A stretch of DNA of 64,000 bases from Felis catus (lineage: Eukaryota), in contig NC_058368.1 of assembly GCF_018350175.1 (NCBI RefSeq), forward strand, positions 72,418,001 through 72,482,000. Direction: 5' to 3'. Within the stretch, counting starts at the first letter, position 1. Each line of letters begins with the position of its first letter. This document shows, piece by piece, positions 39,286 through 51,242 of the stretch. The notes beneath the pieces were generated by a model, which was not told where the DNA came from, ran no database searches, and saw only the letters and a program-made list of their open reading frames with translations. A program made the position numbers and the translations under genes.

Positions 39286-39798
39286 TTTTCCCAGTTTTGT
39301 TGCAATGTAATTGATAGGTGACACCGTGCAAGTTTCAGGTGCATGATGACGTGACTTACACGGGTTGGGAAATGATGACCACAGCAAGTGTAATTAACAT
39401 CCATTGTCTCATACAGGTACACAGACAATGCTTCCTTGTATCCTAGTCCTCGTGTTGTACATTGTACACCGAGTACTCCTTCTAACTAAATTTGTACCTT
39501 TTGACCACCTTCCTCCAACTTTCCTCCCTGACCCCCTGCCTCTGGAAACCACAAACCAGATCTCTTTTTTCCATGTGCTTGGGTTTTCTTGCTTGTTGGT
39601 TGTTTGGTTGGGTTTTTGTTTTTTGTTTTTTGCTTTTTTTAGATTTCTCCATATAAGTGAGATCATATAGTGATTGCCTTTCTCTTTTGGATTTAGCATA
39701 ATGCCTTCAAGAACCATGCTTGTTGTCCTAAACAATAGGATGTCCTTCTTTCCCATGACTGAGTAACATTTCATGTATGTATTTTTATCCATTCATCT
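39286..39798 (-). mobile_element. L1MA-type 3' end fragment
   Basis: taattaacatccatt, gtaccttttgacc, ccatataagtgagatcatatagt, tttagcataatgccttcaag, tttatccattcatc. Confidence 0.82.
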
Positions 39799-39821
39799 TA
39801 TACCTATACCTACCTATATGT

Positions 39822-39869
39822 ACATCTATGTATGTATGTATCATCTATCTATCTATCTATCTATCTATC

Positions 39870-39913
<44 letters not shown>
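39822..39913. repeat. Compound (TGTA)/(TCTA)n tetranucleotide microsatellite
   Basis: Two (TCTA)n blocks separated by tca, preceded by tgta units. Confidence 0.95.
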
Positions 39914-41784
39914 GTTTTTCCCCTTTTGAGACTTGAAACCACAGATATATGGCTGATCTGATAGGCACATTAGTTTCAGCAGTTTATTTTTACCCAAAAT
40001 ATCAGTAGACTTGGAAGAGAGTTCATTGCTATCTTCTTTGTCTCTATTATTATTTTTTAATTTGGAAAAGGTAGGTACAATTCTTTTCCATCGGTATATA
40101 CAAATGGCTAATAGATTTTTTTTAAGTTCTTCAATCCTGGCAAAGTCTTTATTTCCATTTGCAGTTTGTTTTAATTTAAAAATCAAAAGCAACCACTTCT
40201 GCATTGCTCACTAATGTAACAAATTCGTCACCACTGCCCCTGGCATAAGTTAGGCTTCCCAAGGTAAAAGTGATCCAGAAGTAATGGTGGAGCTGCTGAT
40301 GCGTGTTAGAGAATCACAAAAGCAACTTTATTCTGTCTTTGCCGGGGTGGTTTCCTTTATCAGTGGAGATCGAGGCAAGGCTTAGCTCACCTCAGGGAAG
40401 CACTGGAGAAAGCAGGCCAGGCCTCCACATTCTTACCTGAATACGATGCTAAACTACTGGATTTTACCCTCCACTATGGCTTGTCTGTCCTTTCCAGCAA
40501 CTGGCTACTCGACTGCCAACCTGGAAACAGCAAGAATGGCCTTTTACTTTTTCTTCCTTGTTACTTTGGCAGGAGCTGTTTTGGCATTTCTGTGACATAC
40601 TTGTTTTGTGTGTGTGTTTTCTCCTGACTCCTTGGGAACTTATTTGAAGGGCAACAGACATACTGCCAAGCATCTTGGATTGTTCATTTTAAGACCACAT
40701 CTTCTAAGGGTTCTCTGGAGAAGAAACAGACCTGGAGAGGCCTACACAGCCAGAACGGTGAATGCTCTGGTGGTTAGGATTTCAGATGGCTGGCAAAGAC
40801 CACTCTTCAACCTTGGACAATAGGAGCCCTCTTCTGGGCCTTAAGATACAGGGGTTTTGCTTTGGTTCTCCTGAGCCATCATTCCCAGCGGATAAATTAT
40901 TTTGAAAAATGGAATGTTTTGAAGCCATATTGATGCTCTAATGGAGATGACCTATAATATAAGTACAATAAGATAGCAACCCTATTCCCTGGGGTCTGCT
41001 CAAGAAATTATTAACCAGAGAGAAAGAGTAAAAATGGTCTGAAGATTATTTTCTGTCTTAAAGAAATTATATATTTACCTCCAAATTAGGTCATGCAGGG
41101 TATTACTTGATAATTCTCGACAGTGAAAAAAATTGATTTCTACTCACTTTCCTAAAAGGGAAAAAGTGAATCAAGGACACCTTTACTGGGTATAAAGTTT
41201 AGAAACAATATAAAGGCATATGACCCTGTCCTACATTGACTATCTTCTTCACCTCTGATCAGATGCTAAATGAAAAGTTGAAAGCACATTATCTAATAGA
41301 GTGTTGCTCTAAGTGTGGTCTAGGAAATTTATGTGCTTTATGAGAAAAAGAGGCATCTTAGTAAAAAAATATTATGTATTCTGAGTGAAAGTTAAATAGC
41401 TTTTTTATGACAGGACATTAAGAAGCTTCAGTGTGCTGATTTATATCATGACACACTAAATATATAGTGGGACTCTTTCCCATGTTTATTTTATCACAGA
41501 ACATTTTATGGAAGAAATTTCTGAACCTGGGCCTCCATGAGCTAACTTTGGGGTGTAAGCACCCTAGAATATTGCTCCCCCTAATGCTTCTTTGGGTCAG
41601 TTTGAGATGGAGGGTCCTTTCCTATCATCTGTACATTTTCCTTAGTTTCCCTATATTTTTAAAATCTCCCACCTTTAAAAAATCTGTAACCTTTGGCCTA
41701 CCCACCACCACCCATCTCTGTTATATATACCGTTGGTTAGGATCCGAAATGTCCCATCCCAAAGAAACATTGAGTATTCTTTTA

Positions 41785-42210
41785 TTCCAGATTCAGCAAA
41801 TCATTGCTACTGCATTTCATTATCTTCTAAATCATTTCTATTTTCTTTGCTGTTTAGATAAAGCCGTTTTATTGAGATGAACCATTAGAAATAGCTGGTA
41901 TTAAACTAATAATAGTGGTGATCTCATGTGGTTCAACCTAATACGCTAATATTATAAAAGAGTAATTACAGTTACCGAGATACTTCTTTGCAAAAAGAGA
42001 CTTAGCCACTTCAAGAATTTGGCTTAATACTTTTATAAATAGACTGGATGGTTGGCAGGAGAGATCACTTATGCTTGTAAATGATACCAAGTTGGCCGAG
42101 ATTGACAATATCGTGTAGGGCCAGACAGGAATGCAAAATGATACAATCAATTTGACAGTAATGTGCACTGGATAAAATGAATTACAATTAGGGTGCATGC
42201 AAGGTTTTGT
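41785..42210 (+). mobile_element. Ancient CR1/L3 LINE reverse-transcriptase fossil
   Basis: From 42026: NTFINRLDGWQERSLMLVNDTKLAEIDNIV*GQTGMQNDTINL, then after a frameshift DKMNYN*GACKVL. Parallels the CR1 RT pattern FNIFINDLD...KFADDTKLGG...IQxDL...NxMxFNxxKCKVL. Confidence 0.72.
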
Positions 42211-43486
42211 TTGCAAAATAGAATAATTAATTTGAAAAATGCAACAGGAATAGAAACATTTACATGGACTGGGCAACATTCAGAGGAGTTTTAAAGTCAC
42301 AACCAATCATAGATTCAGGCTCTGCTGAACATGCCCAAATGGGACACCTCCGAGTCATTCATTCTGACTGGCCATCTGGACCTCATCATGTGGATTTTGG
42401 CTGCCACACTGAATGACTGCTGGCACTAGATCAATGATTCCAGTCCACTCTGGTCTATGAATTTCAGGCATTGGGACATAGCATTATTATTTTGAGTAAT
42501 GTAAGAATATTCTCCCTGAAGCCCATTCAAACTCTGCTCACCTTTCAAGGCTCATTTAAAGGTCAAGGAAGTTCACAGAATCTCTCTCCTGTTATTTCTA
42601 TAGGAGACTATATTGCTCAACTTAACACAAGGTCTGACGAATATTTCTGGCTGAAGATAACCCCATCTTTGTTTTTTTTTTAAGTTACTTTTTAAGTTAC
42701 TTGAGGACAAGAGCCACATATTGTACATGTATTACACTTGGATCTGACTAGTGTGTAGTCAATATAAACATTGGTAGGATTCACTAACCAAGACTTAATA
42801 AAGTTAATTATCATAAGAATAAAAATAGCACAATGTTGACTCAAGAACATGAAAAGTTGAGAAACTTCTGTGGAGGTAGATGACTATGGCTCTTAACCCT
42901 TTTGATTCTTGAACCATATTTTCTTATTAAGAAACAAAGTATGTGCTTCTTTTTCATGTCAATCTTATCCCAAGGTGGTATTTAATATGTCCATTAAACT
43001 TTATTACATGCTAAATGCCAATAAATCAAAGGCCAGTGTTTAGTTTAGTGGAGTTTCATGTAAGACTTGTTACTCAGAGTGGTGGCTTTAAGTGTTATAA
43101 AATGCAGTTAAATGGAAATAATTTTTATTGGGCTTTTTTGTCTTAAATGTGGAGGTACTAGATGTATCTTTGTTTTTTAGTGTTAAATTTTCTGACAGAA
43201 ATTATACACTAGAAGTGTATAATTAAACTTCTAGTTTATGATCTAGTGTCTCTACAAATTAATTAATGGTTTAAGAGTGATTTATCAACTTTGGTTATTG
43301 AAATAAAATCCACATATTCCATTATACTGTATGCATTAGCATTACCCCTCGGCCTCCATAATGTACATGTTTTTGAATTCATTGTAACTCAGTCCTGAAC
43401 CAACATCACCCTTAAGACTTTCAGTTACAATAATGGGTTTCTCTGAAAAACAATTTGAGTCTGACTGGATGTTGTTAAATCCTCAG

Positions 43487-43633
43487 GCCATGGTAAGTGT
43501 GACTGTGGCAAGTGCAAATGTGACGAAGGATGGTTTGGGGATGCCTGCCAATACCCAGCTCACTGTGACCTGACAAAGAAAAAGAGTAACCAAATGTGCA
43601 AGAATTCTCAAGATGTCATCTGCTCTAATGCAG
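43487..43633 (+). CDS. ITGBL1: ITGBL1 internal coding exon (probably exon 3), 147 nt, phase 1-1
   Basis: Acceptor cctcag|GC, donor GCAG|gtaaga. Encodes (G)[48 protein letters not shown](G), 8 Cys, matching recalled ITGBL1 integrin-EGF repeats. Missed by the ORF track. Confidence 0.97.
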
Positions 43634-44268
43634 GTAAGAAATCTATGAAAATCCTTAAATAATCAAATTTGGGTTTTAATGGAAATATGTAGGCGTCAAG
43701 AAATGTGGAACCTCTGAGAGAGAATGCTTTTGAGTATATATTTTTGAAATGAAATTCAGATAAATCAATAGGGAAAAAATGTCATCTTGCTGAGACTGGC
43801 AAGTTTGATGCTCTCCAGCTGTTCCAAATGCCTTCTTCAAGCAGGATATTCACAGGAAACAACACCCCAACAACATTTTATGTAAATTGTGAGCTATGAT
43901 TTTGAATGCTGGATTAAATCTTTTTAAAAGGATTTATATAAACTGATTTAATTATTTTCTATTACAGGTCAAGGGTGCTTTGAATTTATACCTTAGTATC
44001 AAATAGAAGCAAATCTTTTTAATTTGATAGAAGCTTTAGATGCACATAGAAGAATAGAGTGACGTCATGATTTTACATTTGGCTAAAATATTTTTGCATC
44101 TCACAGAAGTCATTTAAAAACATTTTTTAGAAAGTAATAGTGAAGCTGTTAAAATTAATTACCAAAACCATATAAAACAAAACAACTGGTTTTGGTTTCA
44201 AGAATACTAGGATGGTATTACTATAATTTAATACTCTTTTCATACTTGGGCGCATGGAACCTCAAAAG

Positions 44269-44421
44269 TCAGCTTTTCTCAAAGCTGGCTGAACTTGAGA
44301 ATGCTCCCTTACAATGCTAGAGGCTTTATTTCAGTTGTTTTGGTGGGTGTGGTCTGGCCTGAGGTGGGTTTTTAAAGCTCTCCAGGTAATTCTTATGGAG
44401 ATCAATGGGCATGAGCCATTG
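44269..44421. mobile_element. hAT-Charlie MITE (MER5-like), degenerate
   Basis: cagcttttctcaaa...tttttaaagctctccaggtaattcttatg...gagccattg. Confidence 0.55.
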
Positions 44422-45149
44422 TTTTGTGTGCTAAAGTATTTGACTAGAGAATCTTCCCTCCTGAAGTTCCTCCCCTTGTTGGTAGAGTCCTTCTATATTC
44501 AGAGCTAGAATCTTTCTACAGTCTTAGATTGCAGTGAATTGCTCTGTGTAGATTAAATGCAGTAAGAGGGTTTTGCTAGTAGAAATCAAGGCCATACCCA
44601 AAGCAAGGTGTGAGTGGATCGGTCAAGGACCATGATAAATGTCCTTAAGAGTCAGGTCACTTTTTGTGTTCACCGATATTCTCCTTCTCTCCAGCACATC
44701 AGTCTTTTCTGTCTTCTCAGGAGGATTTTTCTACCTCCGGTTCCTAACATCCACCCCTCCCAACACCCACACACACTTACCACGGAACCTCTTCATTTTG
44801 AAAACGTCCAGCTTTCCAAACTTCTTTCAGTAGTAAGACTTGAATTCTGTTTTGTTTGTTTGTCCTTTATTTTTGGATTTATTTATTTTTTATTGTTTAT
44901 TTTTCAAATAAAATCTAGGTTTTTTTCTTTGTAATAATACATTATAACTGAATAGGGGTTAGACTAGGAATCCCAGTGTTTCAACATTATGGGAAAAAAC
45001 ATGTGATTTGCTACATTAGCATACCTTACAGGAGAAAATTTACAGAATTGTTTCAGTAGATGATCAAACATATTTGGTAAGATATAGAATGCAGTTTTAA
45101 GATATCTGAGTCTCTATCTTTTTCTTTTTTTTGTAAAAGTGATGAAATT

Positions 45150-46223
45150 CTTTTATGTAATCTACCGTCCATATTCCAGTTTCGTTTATTGGCCCAACAA
45201 TGCCCTTTATAGCATTTCCCTGCCTCTGTAGGATCCAGTCTAAGGCAGAGTTATCTTTAGCTATTATCTCTTGTTAGCCTCCTTTAATCTGGACCATTTC
45301 CACAGATGATGGTATTATAGCATTGAAAATTTTGAAGAAAATTGTCTCCATCCTTTTTTTTTTTTTTTTTTTAAAGAATGTTACTCATTTTGGCTTTGTC
45401 CGATGTGTCCTCATGATTAGATTCATGTCATACATTCTTAGCTGAATTGAAAGATAGATTATTTTGTGTTCTCAGGATGTGTCATCTGGAAATCTATGTT
45501 ACCCATCTGCTCTCAGTGGTGAGGTTAATTTTGATCACCCGGTCAAGGTGTTGTCTGATGTCTCAGCTCTGTAATTACTGATTTTGCCTTTGTAACAAAT
45601 GAGCAGTCTGTGGGGAAACACTTAGAAATTATAAGATATCACATCCTTGTCAAAATTACCCCTGATTTACCATCCATTGATGACTTTCACCTAACCCAGT
45701 ATTTACACTGGTGATTGAAATATGATGATTGCCAAACTCCAACATTCCTTCCATATTTACCAGTTGGTACTGAACATTCTACCACAATTAAGAGTCTTCT
45801 CTCATCAACCAGTTATTTGGTATTTCATTTACTTAGTGATTTATTATCACTCCAGTATCATAATTCCCAGTATTTTAATGGTTTATTATTCATTATTGCA
45901 CTCAATTATTCTGGTGCTCAGATTGTCTCAGATTAGGCAATTGGAACCCCTTCAAGATAGCTTCTCAATCTTTGTGATGTGCCTCCATTGTTGTGTTTTA
46001 TTTTGTTTCAGCAAATCTTTCCTTTCTGACATAACAAGATATTCCAGAATCATATTGTATCTGGCTTGCCACAGCTTTGGAATCAACCATTTCTCTAAAG
46101 AACCTTGGTTTCTTTAGGTTAAGAATGGTATTAGAATAAAAATTGTGAGCACTAGGGATGTTTATTTCTACTGGGGTGAATTTGCTTGTTGGCCCTTTCT
46201 GCAAACAGGCTAGTAAACATGCA

Positions 46224-46268
<45 letters not shown>

Positions 46269-47320
46269 TCATATGTACATGCACATGTATATGCATATAC
46301 ATACACATACATATTTTAGAAATCATGAATTCACACCAATACATCCAACTTCAGTCCACCCCCCAACAGGGTTACTTCCTATTTTTTCCCCTTCCATATT
46401 TGCATGTCTCATTTTTCATGGTGAGAGGACTCTGGCTTCCAACATCATGGCTATATTTGGTCATTTGTTCAGTCTTATGCTACACCTAAAATTGTTTTTA
46501 AAATTGCTTCATACATACCACTGTACAAAGCAAATTTACCAAAAAATTTTAGGATTTGTTGGCAATTGATCTCCTCTCACACCTCCACCCCACGCCAGTC
46601 ATGCTCCAGATTGGGATACTTAGTTAATTGCTGTGTTCATAAGTTACTTGGATTTCTTTCTTTTTCTCTCCCTTTAGTGTAGTGATTGTACTGGCTTGAA
46701 ATACATTGAGATTGTTTACTTCAGATGGCTTTCAGTTTTAGAGTTTTTCCCCTCCCTTCCATCCTCACTGATTTTGTTTTGCAATATGTAGAACATGAAC
46801 ATGCTTCCAAAAGTCAAAACTATATTAAAAAAGCCTTCTTAATTAATCATCACTCTCTTGCTAAACCTTCCCTCCTGCTTCTTTTCGTACCTGATAGGTA
46901 ACCAGCTTTACTGCGTTCTGCTTTATCTGTGTATGTGTTTATTTTTTCTAAAGATAAATGTTATTATATTTTTTAGTTTCTCATTCATTCCCTACACAAA
47001 AAAATGGCATGCCATATATGTTCTTTTGCACTCTGGCTTTGCCACTCAGCATCTCCCAGAATTCACTCCACATCAGAACACAGAAATCTTCCTCATTCTT
47101 TTTTTGGATGTATAGGACTCAGCTCTATACAGGTGACATAATTTATTCCCTCAATCTCCTATGGTTGGGCATTTAGACACTTTCCAATATATTGAAATTA
47201 CAAATATTAATGCAGAGAATAAATTGGTATGTGTGTGTTTTCATATTTTTAGAGGCATACCTTCAGGATAAACAACTAGATGTGAGATTCTACACCAAAA
47301 GGTTATTCATATTCAGTGTT
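45150..47320 (-). mobile_element. Old L1MC-type 3' region
   Basis: tcctttaatctgga, tcctcatgattagattca, ggttaattttgatcacccggtcaaggtg, ggaatcaaccatttctctaaagaaccttggtt, ggttgggcatttagacactttcca. Confidence 0.8.
46227..46263. repeat. (TA)n microsatellite
   Basis: About 18 uninterrupted units. Confidence 0.97.
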
Positions 47321-49299
47321 ACATTTAATCTTTTCTCTCTCACTGTCTATTCAGTATAGAAGCCTTTCAAGTTGACTTTAGCAGGCTGTGTCGTACATGG
47401 CTTCTTTTTTTAATGTCTATTTCTACCAGCCTAGTTCTGGACCACTCCCCTACAACTGCATTAGGCTCTGAGTTCTCTCTACTAATATTTCCCCTTATAA
47501 TCTGATGTGGTTTCTGGAAGCAGCTTGGAGCAGAAGGGGAAGAGGAGGCACCTGACTGGCTGGAAGACCACAGGGCAGGATGAGATGGAACTGGGTTTAA
47601 CGGCATTCCAGAAGCTGACTCTATAGGGGTGCGGAAGGCAAGGCACAGTCTGCAAAGTGGGGCTCCAGCACCATCGCACAGGAGTATGGATGGTGGTCAA
47701 GAGAGGGAAGTCCTCCTAGAGAAAGTTCAGCTGTATTAGTCAGAATGAAAAGTCAGAGCAAAAATAATCTAGCATAAATCAGAAGACCAATCCCAGAGCC
47801 CGAGCTCACTGGCAACCAAGAAAAAGAAGCAGTATGACATAACATGAACACAGGAGTCTGTCACTTTTGCCTGGGCTTCCATATGCCATATCTTGGAGCC
47901 TCAGTTGTGAATTCTACTTGGTGGGTGAGAGAGGAAGTCTCTGAGCTGTTGTAAACGTCCCACATTAGCCAGGAATGGTTCAGATGTGTGGATGGGAGGG
48001 AGCCTGCCTGTTGGGGCGTCAGTGAGATATAGAATTCAGAGGTAGAGGCTGTTCCTTCCTGTCTTTCCTGAAAACAGCTTACTGTGTATACTGTCCTGAC
48101 AAGGTCACACCTTCCTCCCAAACCATGAGAGGCTCCTGGTATTCCAACAGAGAAATTCTAAAATCCTTAGCCAATATTCTTGATCCTCTACTCTCTGCCT
48201 TAAACTGACCCTCTTCTCCAAACTCAAGCCAGACTCTGCCCTGTTCTTAAATTCCACATCCTTTTTCCTTAGCCGAGCCTCCTTCCTCAATATCACAAGC
48301 CTTTTCTCCATCTCCACGTGTTGAAATTCTATCCATACATCAAGTGTCAACTCAAGAACTTGCTCCTTTACTGTGCCTTTCCTCCTTTGCAGAGCCAGAC
48401 TGAGGTTTATACTTTCTATATAGCATCTGTCACAAATCTGTTGCAAAGCCCTTGTGTCATCTGGTCCCATATGTATGTGTAAAAATTATTGGTCTTCTAA
48501 CTCTATCTTCCTGCTCTATGATTTACTTAGTTTCAACTTTATGCATCTTAATATCTCCTATAGCACCTGGTACTTTGCTAACAATATAATCAGCAGCAAG
48601 AAAATTTAATGAATGGATATGTGGATGGTTGAAAGATAGGATGAATGAACGTGAAAATGAAAAGAAAGGGTGATAATTAGAGAGAAAATGCGATGAGACA
48701 ATATCATGCATTACAGAATTTGATTTGAAATGAACTTTTATAAATTAGTTTTCAGGGAAAAAAAACAAAGAAAGTGAAATTTAATAAATGTAAAATTCAT
48801 ATGAGTATTCTCAGGGAAGAAAAATAATTAGCTCAAATTCTGCAAAATCACTGTTTCTATGTAGCTGTGAGAGAAAAATCTCTTAAACATAATATCTAAT
48901 TGCAAGGGACCCAGGTGACAGAATCACGCAGAGCATATGGAGACAGGACGTCGTGGGGCCTATCAATATAAAGTGAGTCGGGAGGAAATGTTTGGGAACA
49001 CGACTCTTATACTCAGTATCTTCATGGAAGAAGATGAAGATCTCAATGTTTTCTGGAAGCTTATGGCATAACTGGACACAATATTGTTTTCAGAAAGATG
49101 GCTGGGTGATACACTTACCACTGGGTTCTCATAACTGCTCTATGGAGCAGATGTTATTTGCAGATAAGGAATTTGAGAGTTAGAGATGAACATAACAGCC
49201 TCAGAAATGTATAGCTATTGATTATTAAAACCTGGATTTGGATACAAATCCCCTTTATCCATGTGTTTTGGGGCACACCACATACAGACTTGCGAATAC

Positions 49300-50080
49300 C
49301 CAGTAGCTCAGTTCAAATATCAGTATCATCTTTGGTTCCTCCTGATTCTTCACCACATACACTCAATCACTGAGTCATCTGTTCTTTCCCCTGAAGGTAC
49401 CCCCAAGAGTATTTGCCTCTTTCTAACTCACTGCTGTCACCCTCTTCTGCCTCTGTCTTCTTTCCTGCAGACAAATGTAATAACATGTCCTCATGTCCAC
49501 TGTGCCTCATTTCAGTTCATTCCTCATGTATTAACTAGAGTAATCTGGTAAAAATGCATGCCTGATCACATGACCCCCTGGTAGAGAATATTTCTGTGGC
49601 TTCTCATTCTTCCTGGATTAAGGTTGGAAATCTTTAACATGACCTTATAATAAGACTTCCATAAATGGCACCTTTAGTCACCTTATTCATTTTATGCCTC
49701 TTTCCACATCATTTTCTATGTTCCAGCCATCTTTGACTTTTTCTTCTTATTTCCTCTTTTATCACAGAGCCTTTGCTATAGTCTCTTGTGGGAAGTGGGC
49801 CTCTCCACCATCTCACTTCTCTTGCCTATTATTTTTACTTTGCTCTCAGTTCCTTATTTAGGAGCTACTTCCCCAGGGACTCTGTCTGACCACCGTGTCA
49901 CAGTCAAATCCCCTGCTAAGCTCTTCTGCAACATTTTGCACTTTTCCATTTATTTTATCATATTTGTTTACTCATATAAAACTCTGAGAGGAGGATTATG
50001 GCTGACTTGGTCTCCCATTGCATTTCCAAAGTCTAGGAGGCTATCTGGTGAGTGGTCAGGTCTCAATGCATGTATGTTGA
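49300..50080 (+). mobile_element. L2 LINE fragment
   Basis: caatcactgagtc, ctgatcacatgacccc, tttaacatgacctt, ttccagcca, and an L2-like 3' end. Confidence 0.65.
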
Positions 50081-50230
50081 TGGCTATGATTATAAATTAC
50101 AGATGGAAAAATAAGTATTAAAAAGGAAGTTCCTTAAATGGAAATTCTATTTTTCAATATCATTTTAATGCTGTTTTACTGTCAGTGAAATCACTCTCGA
50201 GGGTTGTAGTCAAATCCACATACACACCAA

Positions 50231-50305
<75 letters not shown>
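50231..50305. repeat. Compound (CA)n/(TA)n microsatellite
   Basis: (AC)n followed by two (TA)n blocks. Confidence 0.95.
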
Positions 50306-50309
<4 letters not shown>

Positions 50310-50941
50310 TAAGTGGTAGACCAGATGATTCCAGAGCCTCTGTGTCATCCTGAGCTGCCCTGAGGTTTTGGTGAGGTTCCAGAACTCTATACCTACGAAA
50401 ACTTGCCCTGGTCCTATTGTCATAAGGATGTATGTATCAGTTTTAACACTGTGCAAGTGAAATTACTAGGAGATTCTAAGTTTTTAATTTATGCATTTGT
50501 TAATGAATTCCACAAATATTTATTAATAAATGTTATGCTCAAATATTATGCAAAGCATTGAATAAATACTGGTGAGGAAGATAAGCGATGCTACTTCCCT
50601 TACAATGCTTAGAATTTTCTGCTTTAGTTCACTTCAGACCCAGGTGTAATCAGAAGATAGTCATTCATGCATTGATTGGATGGCCATGTATAAAGTAGCT
50701 CTGCACTTGGGAAGGTCATATTTACATTAATGAATAAATACATCATACATTAATGAAACTATTAGAGGTCAATCATAATAGTTATGTGTCATAAAATATA
50801 ATTTCTGTACTATAATCACCAAGAAAGAACTTTGTTATCTATCTCATCATACCCACAGTAATACACAATTGAAAATTAAATTGATTTGAATTGTCTCTGT
50901 CTTTGAAAGAGATAGATTAAAAAAAAAACCATTGGTTATCA

Positions 50942-51062
50942 GGGTGCCTGGGTGGCTCAGTGTGTTGAACATGCGACTCCTGATCTCAGCTCAGGTCTTG
51001 ATCCCAGGATCAAGAGCCCCGTGTTGGGCTCGGCACTGGGCGTGAAGCTTACTTAAAAAAAA
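50942..51062 (+). mobile_element. Short CAN-SINE lacking the (CT)n segment
   Basis: gggtgcctgggtggctcagtgtgttgaacatgcgactcctgatctc...gggcgtgaagcttacttaaaaaaaa. Confidence 0.88.
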
Positions 51063-51119
51063 TTCATTATCATTTATATGCACCTAACAAATAATTTTTG
51101 TTTTGTTTTCATGGTTTAG

Positions 51120-51242
51120 GTACATGTCACTGTGGCAGGTGTAAGTGTGATAATCCAGATGGAAATGGCCTTGTTTATGGTAAATTTTGTGAGTGTGATG
51201 ATAGAGAATGCATAGATGATGAAACGGAAGAAATATGTGGAG
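51120..51242 (+). CDS. ITGBL1: ITGBL1 internal coding exon (probably exon 4), 123 nt, phase 1-1
   Basis: Acceptor ttttgttttcatggtttag|GT, donor GGAG|gtaggt. Encodes (G)[40 protein letters not shown](G), within ORF 51098..51280, in frame with the previous exon. Confidence 0.97.

Larger units (their letters stand above)
1..43486 (+). other. ITGBL1: 3' part of a long ITGBL1 intron (probably intron 2)
   Basis: No further Cys-repeat exon, signal-peptide exon or CpG island upstream of 43487. The first exon seen has a phase-1 acceptor, so earlier exons lie outside the window. Confidence 0.88.

Noticed and set aside
41467..41880. Longest ORF in the track (137 aa)
   Set aside because: Non-ATG start, no family resemblance or splice support, and it overlaps decayed repeats.
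45715..47176. ORFs of up to 131 aa, some with YIYIYI runs
   Set aside because: Antisense L1MC sequence and (TA)n microsatellite.
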